A DNA stretch of 63,220 nucleotides, counting the filler. It is 6 parts of 6 records of this genome, joined end to end, with 100 filler letters (N's around TTAATTAATTAA, not from the genome) between each part and the next. Parts side by side here need not be neighbours in the genome. Positions count along the whole stretch, not along the records: positions 21,903 to 38,288 come from DRR378314_980; positions 38,389 to 49,211 come from DRR378314_984; 4 more parts are not named here. One strand, 5' to 3'. The position numbers and the translations under genes are program-made. Each line of letters opens with the position of its first letter. Position 1 is the stretch's first letter. The notes below the pieces were generated by a model. The model was not told where the DNA came from, did no database searches, and saw nothing but the letters and a program-made list of their open reading frames with translations. Below, piece by piece: positions 30,829-40,986 of the stretch.

Positions 30829-32193
30829 ATGAAACAGTTTAATCGCCGCGACTTTCTAAAAGCCGCTAGTGCAGCTGCCGCTGCTAGCGTTGTTGCCGGG
30901 TGCGCAACATCTAAGACTCCCATAATTCCAGCGCAACAAGGGCAGTCAGTTATAGGCTTAATAGCACCAAAAATGGATGTTGTTCGGGTTGGCTTTATTG
31001 GTGTTGGCCAGCGAGGGTTTGGTCACGTAAAAAGAATGAGCCACATTGATGGCACTCAAATTGTTGCAATATGTGACACCCATGATGAAGTACTTGAGCG
31101 TTCAGCAAATTATTTAACTGAAAATGGCTTTGTAAAGCCAGCCTTATATTCTGGGGCTGATAACGCATACCAAGCAATGCTCGATCGAGACGATATCGAC
31201 ATTGTGATTATTTCTACGCCTTGGGCATGGCATGCCCCGATGGCAATAGACACAATGAATAGTGGCAAACATGCATTTGTTGAGGTGCCACTTGCGTTAA
31301 CAGTAGAAGAAATGTGGCAAATTGTTGATACGGCAGAGCGTACACAAAAGAATTGTATGATGATGGAAAACGTCAACTATGGCCGTGATGAGTTGATGGT
31401 CTTGAATATGGTTCGTCAAGGTGTATTTGGTGAGCTATTGCACGGCGAAGCGGCTTATATTCACGAATTGCGTTGGCAAATGAAAGAGGTTACTCATAAA
31501 ACGGGTTCGTGGCGAACGGCTTGGCATGCCAAACGTGATGGTAATCTATATCCAACCCATGGTTTAGGCCCTGTTTCGCAATATATGAATATTAACCGTG
31601 GCGACCGTTTTGATTTTTTAACCTCTATGAGTTCACCCGCGCTTGGCCGAAAAGCGTACGCAGAACAAGAGTTCCCGCCTGAGCATCAACGAAACCAGCT
31701 TAATTATATTGCCGGAGATATGAATACGACACTTATCAAAACAGTGAAGGGACGAAGCATTATGGTTCAGCATGACACTACCACACCAAGGCCATACTCT
31801 CGTCATAATTTAATACAGGGCACAAATGGGGTGTTTGCAGGCTTTCCAAACCGAATCGCACTGGAAAAAGGAAGTGAAAAGAGCTTCCACGAGTGGGATC
31901 ACGATATGTCTTCGTGGTATAAAAAATACGATCACCCATTATGGCTTAAGATGGGCGAAGAAGCGCAACGAAATGGTGGGCATGGCGGTATGGACTTTCT
32001 GATGTTTTGGCGCATGATTTATTGTTTGCGTAATGGTGAGGCATTGGATCAAGATGTATACGATGGCGCTGCGTGGTCAGTTATTTCGCCATTATCAGCT
32101 CAGTCAGTGAGTAATCGTAGCGACTCTGTAGATATCCCAGATTTTACCCGAGGTGCATGGAAAACAGCCCAACCTTTAGGGATTGTTGGTTAA
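30829..32193 (+). CDS. GH109 NAD+-dependent alpha-N-acetylgalactosaminidase, Tat lipoprotein
   Basis: RRDFLK and [29 protein letters not shown]; catalytic GGHGG motif. Confidence 0.9.
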   Translation: MKQFNRRDFLKAASAAAAASVVAGCATSKTPIIPAQQGQSVIGLIAPKMDVVRVGFIGVGQRGFGHVKRMSHIDGTQIVAICDTHDEVLERSANYLTENGFVKPALYSGADNAYQAMLDRDDIDIVIISTPWAWHAPMAIDTMNSGKHAFVEVPLALTVEEMWQIVDTAERTQKNCMMMENVNYGRDELMVLNMVRQGVFGELLHGEAAYIHELRWQMKEVTHKTGSWRTAWHAKRDGNLYPTHGLGPVSQYMNINRGDRFDFLTSMSSPALGRKAYAEQEFPPEHQRNQLNYIAGDMNTTLIKTVKGRSIMVQHDTTTPRPYSRHNLIQGTNGVFAGFPNRIALEKGSEKSFHEWDHDMSSWYKKYDHPLWLKMGEEAQRNGGHGGMDFLMFWRMIYCLRNGEALDQDVYDGAAWSVISPLSAQSVSNRSDSVDIPDFTRGAWKTAQPLGIVG

Positions 32194-32410
32194 TATAGTG
32201 TTTACTTTAGGTTTGTAAAAGATCGGGTGTTTAGTAAACAACATAAATTTTGCAAACCTATAGCTAGCCACAAATGATTGATTAGGAAGAACTGTCTAAT
32301 TATTGAAGCTACATTAAAGGAGGTGTCCTATTGGTGTAGCTTCAATAAAAGTACATGGTGTAATTAAGTAAGCTTAAACTTATTAATTCACCTCTTAATC
32401 TGAGTTCTGG

Positions 32411-33604
32411 TTAAATGGTAAATGCCAATTGAATGCCTGCACCAAGCTCGTTGTCATTGGCTTTTTGAGCTGTTACATCTAAACGAACGGTACCAAACGG
32501 TGAAAAACCAAGGCCAACACTGACAAAATCATCCTGTTCGCCTTTGAAGTCATGTGAATAACCCGCACGAAGTTGTACCCAGTCAAAACCATTTAGTTCT
32601 AGACCAACTCTGGCATACTGGCTTTTTTCTTCAAGACTCAAACGTTCTGCTGCATTTAGGTCAACGTCTGCTGCAAATGTAACCGTGTCATTTGTATAAG
32701 CAACGCCTAATTTAAACTCTGGCCCTACGGTATAGAGCGGAGTCAGGCCTCTATGGGAGATCGCTTCAAACTCATTTTCAATTAGATTGGTAGCTGTGAA
32801 ACCAAGAGTCACGTTTTCCATTAACTCTGTCGCTAAACCAAAGTCGAGATTAAATTGGCTATCTGAATTCGTGTAATCGTTGGCGTCAAAGTCATCTTCA
32901 TCAAACTCATCAACACTTGCGACATAGTTAAAAGTATCAACCTGTTGAAACTTAGGAGTTACGCTCCAATAAACTGTTTGCTCAGAAAAGTTATATTGAT
33001 TCGTATAAGAAAAACCTACATCAGCGATATAAGCACCCACAAATTGGGTCTGCGAATCGATATTTTCAAGTTCTTCTGGGGTATCAGCATTGGCTATAAT
33101 CACTAAATCGTTGTCATTGATCATTACGTTAGCAACTAGATCAAAGTCAGCATTTACAAAAAGCGAAAATCCACCCGACTGAGATGGAATAGCCGTAGCA
33201 GCGGCAATATTGCCTTCAATAAAAACTTGACCATTTAAGCGAGCTAAATTGGTAGCAACTTCAGCTCGTGCACGTTTTAATTCCTCTTCAGAAGACCCAC
33301 CATTTTGGAAATTACTCTGCTCTAGTAAATCAGACAACTTGTCAAAGCTATCTTGGAATTCATCTATAGAGTCAAATAGCTCGTCTTGATCTTGAACCTG
33401 AAAATTCACGCTTGGCAATAAAATACCAAAGTCATCATTTTCTTTTGCAGTTTTTTGCAGCAGAGCAGGGTTGGCAATACTTGCGGATAAGTAATTCGAT
33501 GACGCAACAGATGTGCCGCCCATTGCATGAGATCGAGTATCTGATGCTGCAAGTGCAGCTGACGAACTAAGTGCAAGTAGAGTCAGTGAAAAAATGGCTT
33601 TCAC
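32411..33604 (-). CDS. TraF-like outer-membrane beta-barrel protein
   Basis: RSHAMGGTSVAS...ANPALL N-terminus; QLRAGY, GLGFSPFG; start set at GTG 33604 after AAGGA. Confidence 0.75.
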   Translation of the reverse strand: MKAIFSLTLLALSSSAALAASDTRSHAMGGTSVASSNYLSASIANPALLQKTAKENDDFGILLPSVNFQVQDQDELFDSIDEFQDSFDKLSDLLEQSNFQNGGSSEEELKRARAEVATNLARLNGQVFIEGNIAAATAIPSQSGGFSLFVNADFDLVANVMINDNDLVIIANADTPEELENIDSQTQFVGAYIADVGFSYTNQYNFSEQTVYWSVTPKFQQVDTFNYVASVDEFDEDDFDANDYTNSDSQFNLDFGLATELMENVTLGFTATNLIENEFEAISHRGLTPLYTVGPEFKLGVAYTNDTVTFAADVDLNAAERLSLEEKSQYARVGLELNGFDWVQLRAGYSHDFKGEQDDFVSVGLGFSPFGTVRLDVTAQKANDNELGAGIQLAFTI

Positions 33605-33819
33605 GCTTGTTTCCTTATATAAACGATTTGAGAGACTTTCGAACAAATATTTCAGGTTGCGATTTTAGCAGTTATAAAGGCCATAACTAGTATTTATTGC
33701 AAAAAATTGAACTTTCTGCTGAAGCTTTAGAGCATCATTTTTTTAATTTATTGAAATTCATCGCATTGTTATTATTTGCACTTTACACTTAGTATTCATA
33801 CTAAAGTTAAGGAAACAAA

Positions 33820-34293
33820 ATGATTACTCAAGGCCATACTTTACCCGCTGTAAGTTTAACTCAACTAACAGAAGATGGGTTGCAAACCCTTAGCAATAAC
33901 GAGCTATTTTTAGATAAAAAAGTCGTGTTATTTGCGGTACCTGGAGCGTTTACTCCAACCTGTTCTAATGCGCACCTGCCTGAATTTATTGCGCTTGCAG
34001 ATAAAATTAAAGCCAAAGGCATTGATGCTATTTATTGTGTATCAGTAAACGATGCTTTTGTAATGAAAGCATGGGGTGAGCAGCATAATGCGCAAGAAAT
34101 TGACATGCTTGCGGACGGTGATGCAAGTTTCACTAAAGCCCTTGGCTTAGATAAAGACACAGCAGGGTTTGGCGGTGTACGATCAACGCGTTATGCAATG
34201 GTTGTAGAAAACCAAACAGTGACTGGTTTGTATGTTGAGCAAGATAAAGAATTTGCAGTGAGCCGTGCTGAAGCTGTGCTAGCTGCACTTTAG
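33820..34293 (+). CDS. Peroxiredoxin (Prx5-type)
   Basis: VPGAFTPTCS..HLP, SVNDAFVMKAW, RYAM. Confidence 0.92.
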   Translation: MITQGHTLPAVSLTQLTEDGLQTLSNNELFLDKKVVLFAVPGAFTPTCSNAHLPEFIALADKIKAKGIDAIYCVSVNDAFVMKAWGEQHNAQEIDMLADGDASFTKALGLDKDTAGFGGVRSTRYAMVVENQTVTGLYVEQDKEFAVSRAEAVLAAL

Positions 34294-34380
34294 CGAAAAA
34301 AGCCGAGCAAAGCTCGGCTAAAAATTACCAGGGGAACTGGTTAAAGAGAAGCCTAATAAACTAGGCTTTTCTTTTATTAC

Positions 34381-36504
34381 TTAAGGTTGATACTGTGCAT
34401 CAATTGTTAAGCCTGAGAATGTTCTGTAGGCGTTAACGCTCATATGCCAAGTACCTGCTTGCGGGTTGCTAAATGTACATGTTTCAGCATTACCATTTTT
34501 ATATGGACGGCAATCATAGCTTGACGTTGTTGGTTGGCTACCAAACTTGACAAATAAGTCAGCATCACCTGAACCGCCTGATGTTGTCACTGTAAAGCTT
34601 GCCATACCAGCAGGTACGTCTAGCGTATAATGTTTCCATTGGCCTGCGTTAGCAGATACATTTTCAACTGTACCGCCACCTGCTTGCGGAGTACCTGTAC
34701 CACCGCCAGACGTTGTTAAGTTACCTACTAAACTTACGCCAGAGTATGCCGAATAACCGCGTAGCATTACATGATATGTACCCGCTGCAGGGCTGTCGAT
34801 AGAACACTCTTCGCTGTTACCGCCTTTATAAGGACGGCAATCATAAGTTGATGTGGTAGGAGCGCTACCAGCGCGTACATACAAGTCAGCATCACCCGTG
34901 CCGCCATTCATTGTGAAAGTTACATTGGTTGCACCGCTTGGTACAGTCATTGTGTAGAAAGTTTCGCTGCTGGCAGCGCCACTTAAGCCAGTTTGTGCTT
35001 GGCCATCTAGTAATTCATTACCGCCTGGTTGTGGTGGTGTACCACCTGTTGCAGCAGCAACCGCTGCGGCAGCGTCAACAATACCTGTTCCGCAATTATT
35101 ACAGGTAGCAGCAAATGAACGAGTTGTTGATTTTAGAATGCTTTCAATTTCATCCGGTGTTGCAGACGGTTTAGCTTGCTTAATTAGAGCAGCTACACCC
35201 GCAACATGAGGTGCCGCCATAGACGTACCTTGCGAGTAATGATAACTATCACTTGAAGGGCTTGATGAACCTGAGTTATGGGTTGAAAGCACGCCTTCAG
35301 AATCATTAGCAAAACTTTGTGCGCCACCAGGTGCTGCAACATCGATATTGCTACCGTAGTTAGAGTAGTAAGCGCGACCACCATTACGGCCAACCGATGC
35401 AACGTTTACTACGCCGCTACAGTTACCTGGGTTATAGTTTGCAGAGTTATCATTGTCATTACCAGCCGCAATAACAACTACCGCACCATTACCACGTGCT
35501 TGGTTAATTGCAGATTGCGTAGTTGAGCTACAAGAGCCACTACCACCAAGGCTCATATTAATAACATCAGCTGGGTTTGCATTGCTTGGAATGCCAGAAA
35601 CAGAGCCACCTGAAGCCCAGATAATACCATCAGCAATATCTGAGGTTAAACCACCACACTTACCAAGTACACGAACAGGAACAACTTTAGCGTCGTAAGC
35701 AACACCAGCCACACCTTCACCATTGTTAGAAACAGCTGCAACAGTACCCGCAACATGAGTACCATGCCAGCTAGAACCTTGCGCACCATTGTTACCACAT
35801 TCGCCTGCTGCAACAGCATCACCTGGATCGCGTGCATCATTATCACGGCCACCGCCATCATTAGCTACAAACGTATCAGAAATCATATCGTAGCCGGGTA
35901 AAATATTACCATTCAAATCAATATGCGGACGATAACCTGTATCTAGCACTGCAACGGTTACACCGCTACCAGTTGCTGTATCCCAAGCTGTTGGTAGGTT
36001 TAAGCCACCTGCTTGTTCAAAGTAATGCCACTGATCTGAATAACGAGGATCGTTAGGCGTTGCAAATGGCTTCAGCATTTGGTCAATTTCAATGTACTCT
36101 ACGTTACCTGTAGCGATAACGTCTTGCATATATTCTTGTGCCTCAGAAGCGCTTAATTTTTTGTCTGCACGCATAACGTGGTGATTACTTAATGCCATTG
36201 CGCGGACATACTGCGCTTTAACTTTACCTTTTTTGCTCGTAAAGTTTTTAACGAAGCCTTGCGCTTTTTTGTTCATCATTTGTGGGCTAGCATCCATAGC
36301 TGAAAGCGTCGCCATTTCACTTGAGTTGTTTTTATATTTGATGATGAAACGTGTGCCTAAAGGATCTTGCCCTTGAAGCTTTGCGGTTGTTTCAGCCATT
36401 GATGGCATAATTGATTGGCTTGGATTAGCCATGGTGGTTGTAGCAGTAAATAGCGTACCCAATGTGAGTGCTAATGCACACTTTTTAAAACTTGTTGTTG
36501 TCAT
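34381..36504 (-). CDS. Extracellular S8 subtilisin-like serine protease with two C-terminal PPC domains
   Basis: LDTG, HGTHVAGT, GTSMAAPH; two GGxGDADL...YDCRPYKxGNxExC repeats; signal peptide and propeptide. Confidence 0.93.
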   Translation of the reverse strand: MTTTSFKKCALALTLGTLFTATTTMANPSQSIMPSMAETTAKLQGQDPLGTRFIIKYKNNSSEMATLSAMDASPQMMNKKAQGFVKNFTSKKGKVKAQYVRAMALSNHHVMRADKKLSASEAQEYMQDVIATGNVEYIEIDQMLKPFATPNDPRYSDQWHYFEQAGGLNLPTAWDTATGSGVTVAVLDTGYRPHIDLNGNILPGYDMISDTFVANDGGGRDNDARDPGDAVAAGECGNNGAQGSSWHGTHVAGTVAAVSNNGEGVAGVAYDAKVVPVRVLGKCGGLTSDIADGIIWASGGSVSGIPSNANPADVINMSLGGSGSCSSTTQSAINQARGNGAVVVIAAGNDNDNSANYNPGNCSGVVNVASVGRNGGRAYYSNYGSNIDVAAPGGAQSFANDSEGVLSTHNSGSSSPSSDSYHYSQGTSMAAPHVAGVAALIKQAKPSATPDEIESILKSTTRSFAATCNNCGTGIVDAAAAVAAATGGTPPQPGGNELLDGQAQTGLSGAASSETFYTMTVPSGATNVTFTMNGGTGDADLYVRAGSAPTTSTYDCRPYKGGNSEECSIDSPAAGTYHVMLRGYSAYSGVSLVGNLTTSGGGTGTPQAGGGTVENVSANAGQWKHYTLDVPAGMASFTVTTSGGSGDADLFVKFGSQPTTSSYDCRPYKNGNAETCTFSNPQAGTWHMSVNAYRTFSGLTIDAQYQP

Positions 36505-36816
36505 AATTATCCCTAGATTGTTATGTATTACTTCACAATGAATTGTTGTGAAGGGGTACAAAAGTAAACGATCTGTTAAAACTGTGAAAATAACGTTTCG
36601 TTATGTCTGTCTCCATTTTGGTTATATAGAGATGTTTATATGGCTAAATAATATTTTTAGCTTTGTTTTTTCATTGGTTTTTAGTTATAAAGTATTGTTT
36701 TTGATGTGGCGATAATCCCGATAAAATCTTTATTGTTATTAATTTAATAGTTAAATACATCTCAGTTTGTCGAGCTAAGTTTGTTATAATTCAAAAAAAT
36801 TTAGCGAGAAAAGTAA

Positions 36817-38001
36817 ATGACCCAAGTAGATGTAATAGTGATAGGTGCCGGTGCTGCAGGTTTAATGTGCGCTGCTCAAGCAGGTTACCGAGGACGCAAT
36901 GTTACGGTGCTTGATATGGGTAAAAAGCCAGGACGTAAAATTTTAATTAGTGGAGGAGGGCGCTGTAACTTCACCAACGAAAATGCGAGCCCTGACAATT
37001 ACCTTTGCGGCAATCCTCATTTTGTTAAATCATGTCTAAGTCGTTATACCCAGCATGACTTTATTGAATTGGTCGATCGCCACGGTTTAGCCTATCATCA
37101 TAAAACCCTAGGTCAGTTATTTTGTGATAATAGTGCCCAAGACATTGTTAATATATTGCTCACCGAATGTGAGTGGGCAGGGGTTAATGTTGCGCTTCGC
37201 AATGAAGTGCTAAACGTAACAAAAACCGATACTGGTTATCAGGTAACCACAGAGCAAGAAACCTATCAGTGTGAATCACTTGTAGTTGCTGCGGGTGGCT
37301 TAACAATGCCAAAGCTTGGTGCCACACCAATAGGTTATAAGGTTGCTGAACAATTTGGTTTGAAAGTATTACCTACCATGGCTGCACTTGTACCCTTCAC
37401 CTTGCACCAACATGATAAAGACCGCTTTGAAGGGTTATCAGGGATCAGTATTCCCTGTATTGTCAGTAGCGAAGACGGCACGACTTTTAAAGAAAATATT
37501 CTGTTTACTCATCGTGGTTTATCCGGCCCTGCCATATTACAAATAAGCTCGTTTTGGCGAGCAGGTCAAGCAGTTACTATAAACCTGTTACCAGAGCTTG
37601 ATTTAAAAGAGCAACTAGCAACATGGCGCGAAAGCCAAGCACAAAAATCATTAAAGAATAGCCTAGCAACTATTTTACCAAAACGTTTTGTTGAAATATT
37701 ACATGAAAGTAAAGCAATTCCAGATTGTAATATAAACCAGCTTACTCACAGCCAAATTGACGAGCTATCTGATTACATACATAACTGGCAAATTAAACCT
37801 AACGGGACTGAAGGCTATCGCACCGCAGAAGTTACATTAGGCGGAGTAGACACCGACGAACTCAGTTCAAAGACCTTTGAAGCTAAAAAGGCTAAAAATT
37901 TATATTTTATTGGCGAAGTAACAGATGTAACAGGTTGGTTGGGAGGCTATAACTTTCAATACGCTTGGAGCTGTGGTTTTGCAGCAGGGCAATTCTGTTA
38001 G
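36817..38001 (+). CDS. HI0933/YhiN-family flavoprotein
   Basis: IGAGAAG, GRKILISGGGRCNFTN, LFTHRGLSGPA, GWLGGYNFQ. Confidence 0.92.
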   Translation: MTQVDVIVIGAGAAGLMCAAQAGYRGRNVTVLDMGKKPGRKILISGGGRCNFTNENASPDNYLCGNPHFVKSCLSRYTQHDFIELVDRHGLAYHHKTLGQLFCDNSAQDIVNILLTECEWAGVNVALRNEVLNVTKTDTGYQVTTEQETYQCESLVVAAGGLTMPKLGATPIGYKVAEQFGLKVLPTMAALVPFTLHQHDKDRFEGLSGISIPCIVSSEDGTTFKENILFTHRGLSGPAILQISSFWRAGQAVTINLLPELDLKEQLATWRESQAQKSLKNSLATILPKRFVEILHESKAIPDCNINQLTHSQIDELSDYIHNWQIKPNGTEGYRTAEVTLGGVDTDELSSKTFEAKKAKNLYFIGEVTDVTGWLGGYNFQYAWSCGFAAGQFC

Positions 38002-38227
38002 GTTGTGATATATGCTGTGAAGGTGGTTTTTAAAGCTTAAATTGCTATAAACACCACTATAAAGCATTGTGGCGATTACTATTTAGGCAGTTGGCTTACA
38101 GATTGTTAAAATAAAGGTTTTTGCTAGTGACAAGCCAGTAAAAACTTTTTATACTGCAACCCGCTTTAGTCAATCAAGTGACTAAACGCTTCAAAATTTA
38201 GCTGTATATAAACGCTAATATATAAGT

Positions 38228-38288
38228 GGCCCCTTAGCTCAGTTGGTTAGAGCACACGACTCATAATCGTTAGGTCCCCAGTTCGAGT
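38228..38288 (+). tRNA. tRNA with CAT anticodon, probably tRNA-Ile2 (lysidine), 3'-truncated
   Basis: GGCCCCTTAGCTCAGTTGGTTAGAGCACACGACTCATAATCGTTAGGTCCCCAGTTCGAGT; resembles ileX. Confidence 0.85.
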
Positions 38289-38388
38289 NNNNNNNNNNNN
38301 NNNNNNNNNNNNNNNNNNNNNNNNNNNNNNNNTTAATTAATTAANNNNNNNNNNNNNNNNNNNNNNNNNNNNNNNNNNNNNNNNNNNN
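38289..38388. other. Artificial contig spacer
   Basis: N-run + TTAATTAATTAA + N-run. Confidence 0.99.
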
Positions 38389-38435
38389 TTATTTATTTAT
38401 TGTTCGCACGCTTCGTTCTTCGCTGTGGCCTGTAG

Positions 38436-39904
38436 GTCGTGTTGTCGCCGGAGGCGAAAGACTTGATCCGCAGCCTCGTGTGCGATGCGGAATCGCGCCT
38501 TGGAAGCAAAGGCGTTGGTCCACACACGGAAAATGACGACGGAATGCAACGCCTCAAGGTGCGTAGAACCAGGGGAGATGAAAATGGAGGAACATGCTCA
38601 TCTGAGATACAATGGTTCCGATCGTGCAGACGTGGATCTGTCGCGCAACCGCCGTACAGCGTGTTCGATTGCATGTAATTCGTCTTGGTTGTTGACTCCG
38701 CAGCGTACCTTGCGACTGAGAATAAGGAAACCGGTATACGTCTTTCTGCCTAATCGTTCCCGCGTTGACCATTCCTTCCATAGAAACTGTGTTTGTTCAC
38801 GCGCACACTGCGCGGTTCGGTAGCACGTGCGTTGTGCAGAGTTTGGACGTTGCGCCGTTTACCCTTGGTCGCTCGCATGTCACTCGGTGCATTTTGTTTT
38901 CGTTTCTTCGTTTCTTCATTTTTTTCGTCTTTTTCGTATTGTTGTTGTTGTGTATATTTGCCGTATTGAATGCGATGGATTCGTGGCAATGGCAGACTGT
39001 GATACTTCCCCTCGGTGTACGCCCACACTCCTCTATGCTCCCTCTATGGCCCGCCCGATCTCGTACAAATACTCTTGTCGTACTGCATTCACGTAGCGTT
39101 AGGCTACCGATAGATCTGGCTTCTTCTACTTATTCTTTCCTTACTCTGTGTGCCGCTGAACCTCTGATTTCCTGGGAGGGTCTGACAATGCGTGTGCTTG
39201 TGCGACTCGCTGCGCGATGATCCCTGTGCTCCTCCTTGCAGGCGCATCCTTTTTTCCGCGGTATCGACTGGGACAGGCTGCGCGAAATGCGAGCGCCGTT
39301 CAAGCCAGAACTCGGCAGCGACGTGGATACAAAGGTACAGTGTACAGAGGAGGCCCGAGAAGTTGGGAAGGACCGATATATCGGTCGTGGTCGTGCTCTC
39401 GCCCTCTCCGCGCACCGTCGAAGTTTCGCGCGACAACGATGGGCCTGCTCGTGTGTTGTGGGGAACAGGCTCGTCCTTCTTGCTGCAGTAGAATGCGTCG
39501 ACTTGGTAACCACACCATACTCTTCCCATCTGTGGGTGCGCGTACTGGTGTGCGGAAGAATCCGGAGTGCCTCTCACTCTCTTCGTTGTTGCTGCGTACG
39601 CGGACGGCGCTGTGTCGCGTCTCGCGCCGCGCGAAGGACACGGGTCGTTCCAACAGCGAGTTTCCACCCTCTACCTCGCCACCGCTGTTTCTCGTTCTCC
39701 CTCTGAGCAGTCATCACCCTTCCATGATTCTCGCCTGCTATCGTTCCTGTCATCTTCCGCGTGGGATCGCAGTATTTCCCCGTCGTTGAGCCCGATGAGG
39801 CGTTCAAGCCAAGCGGCGGATCGCGCGTCGGGAAAGTCCCCGCCAAGCTCAAGGAGGACGACTTGCCGTTTGTCGGCTTCACTTTCAAACGCCCGACGCA
39901 CAGG
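38436..39904 (+). CDS. 3' part of a eukaryotic NDR-family AGC kinase (exons 38436-38558, 39242-39334, 39773-~39904; end uncertain)
   Basis: Spliced in frame through GT-AG: LSPEAKDLIRSLVCDAESRLG...LK|AHPFFRGIDW...APFKPELGSDVDTK|YFP...DLPFVGFTFKR (hydrophobic motif). Confidence 0.82.
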
Positions 39905-40986
39905 TTCGTCCCGAATCGCCAGACCCCGCGGCATTACACTACATCTTTGTACACTAGTGTCCATGCATCCGATAACGGTGCCCCGTACCAAGGAAAGCGC
40001 GCGCGCCCTCACATACATCGTCGGCGGTGCGCGCGACTCGGTGCAGGCGGCCGGCGATTGATGACGTGTTCGGCGCAAGTCCCGCCAAGAGCAGCACAGC
40101 GTCGCCGTCGTCCGGAGGCGGCCCGTCTTCGTCGTAGTGTGTGGGGATGCGGGGGATTGAAACAGAATAATCGAGCACGCAGGCCCAATGTCTCGTGCTT
40201 GGTTTTTGTTTGCTTGATTGGGGTGTGCTCGTCCGCAACCCGTGATTGTTCTTGTGGCGGCCTGCCGCTCGCGCCCGCTGCCGGATTCGGCAGGTGGAGT
40301 GCCTGAGCGCGCTGCGCCGCAAAGGGAAAGTATGAACGGCGCAAATCGGCGCCACGTTGTCGGCAACGGCCCGCTGGGTGTGCATACAGATAAATATATA
40401 TACGTAGATAGATTGTGAAAGGAGCGAGAGAAGCGCCGCGAACTGGCGCTCTTCTGCTGCAGCACGCGGGTTCTTTTCCTTCCCAGCCGCGTTCGCTCTG
40501 TCCTCGCGTAGCAGCAGGGCGCTCCGTCACGTGCGATTGCACCGCCGTCTCCTCGCACAAGGCAGCACGGACACGAACTTGGCAGCGTTTCCGCACGTGG
40601 CCCAATGCGGTACTGCGCGAGAGGATCCACTTTTCCTGGGAGAAACCTGGCCGAACACCCCCAGGCGTACGCATCGAGCGGAGACGGCCCGCTCCTTGGC
40701 AAGCCCGTGGCAACACCACGAGCGCCGGCACGTCGAAGCACACACCAGTGTAGACCCTAGTTAGTTGACCGCATCCACTTTTTTCTCCACCCCTATCTAA
40801 TGTCAATATCGTACCAGTGACCCTTTGATTCTCTGTAGAGGACACTATCCGCAGAACATTCGCCCTAGCCACACAGACACAAAGAACGCGAAGAAATGCT
40901 GCGCCCTGCGCAGCGACTGCAAGCGCTTGCGCGGACGCTCGCACACTCGCACACACACGGGCGCACGTGCTCGCGCCTAGGAGGCC

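Noticed and set aside
34400-34990. Direct DNA repeats within the S8 protease gene
   Set aside because: Explained by the two tandem PPC domains.
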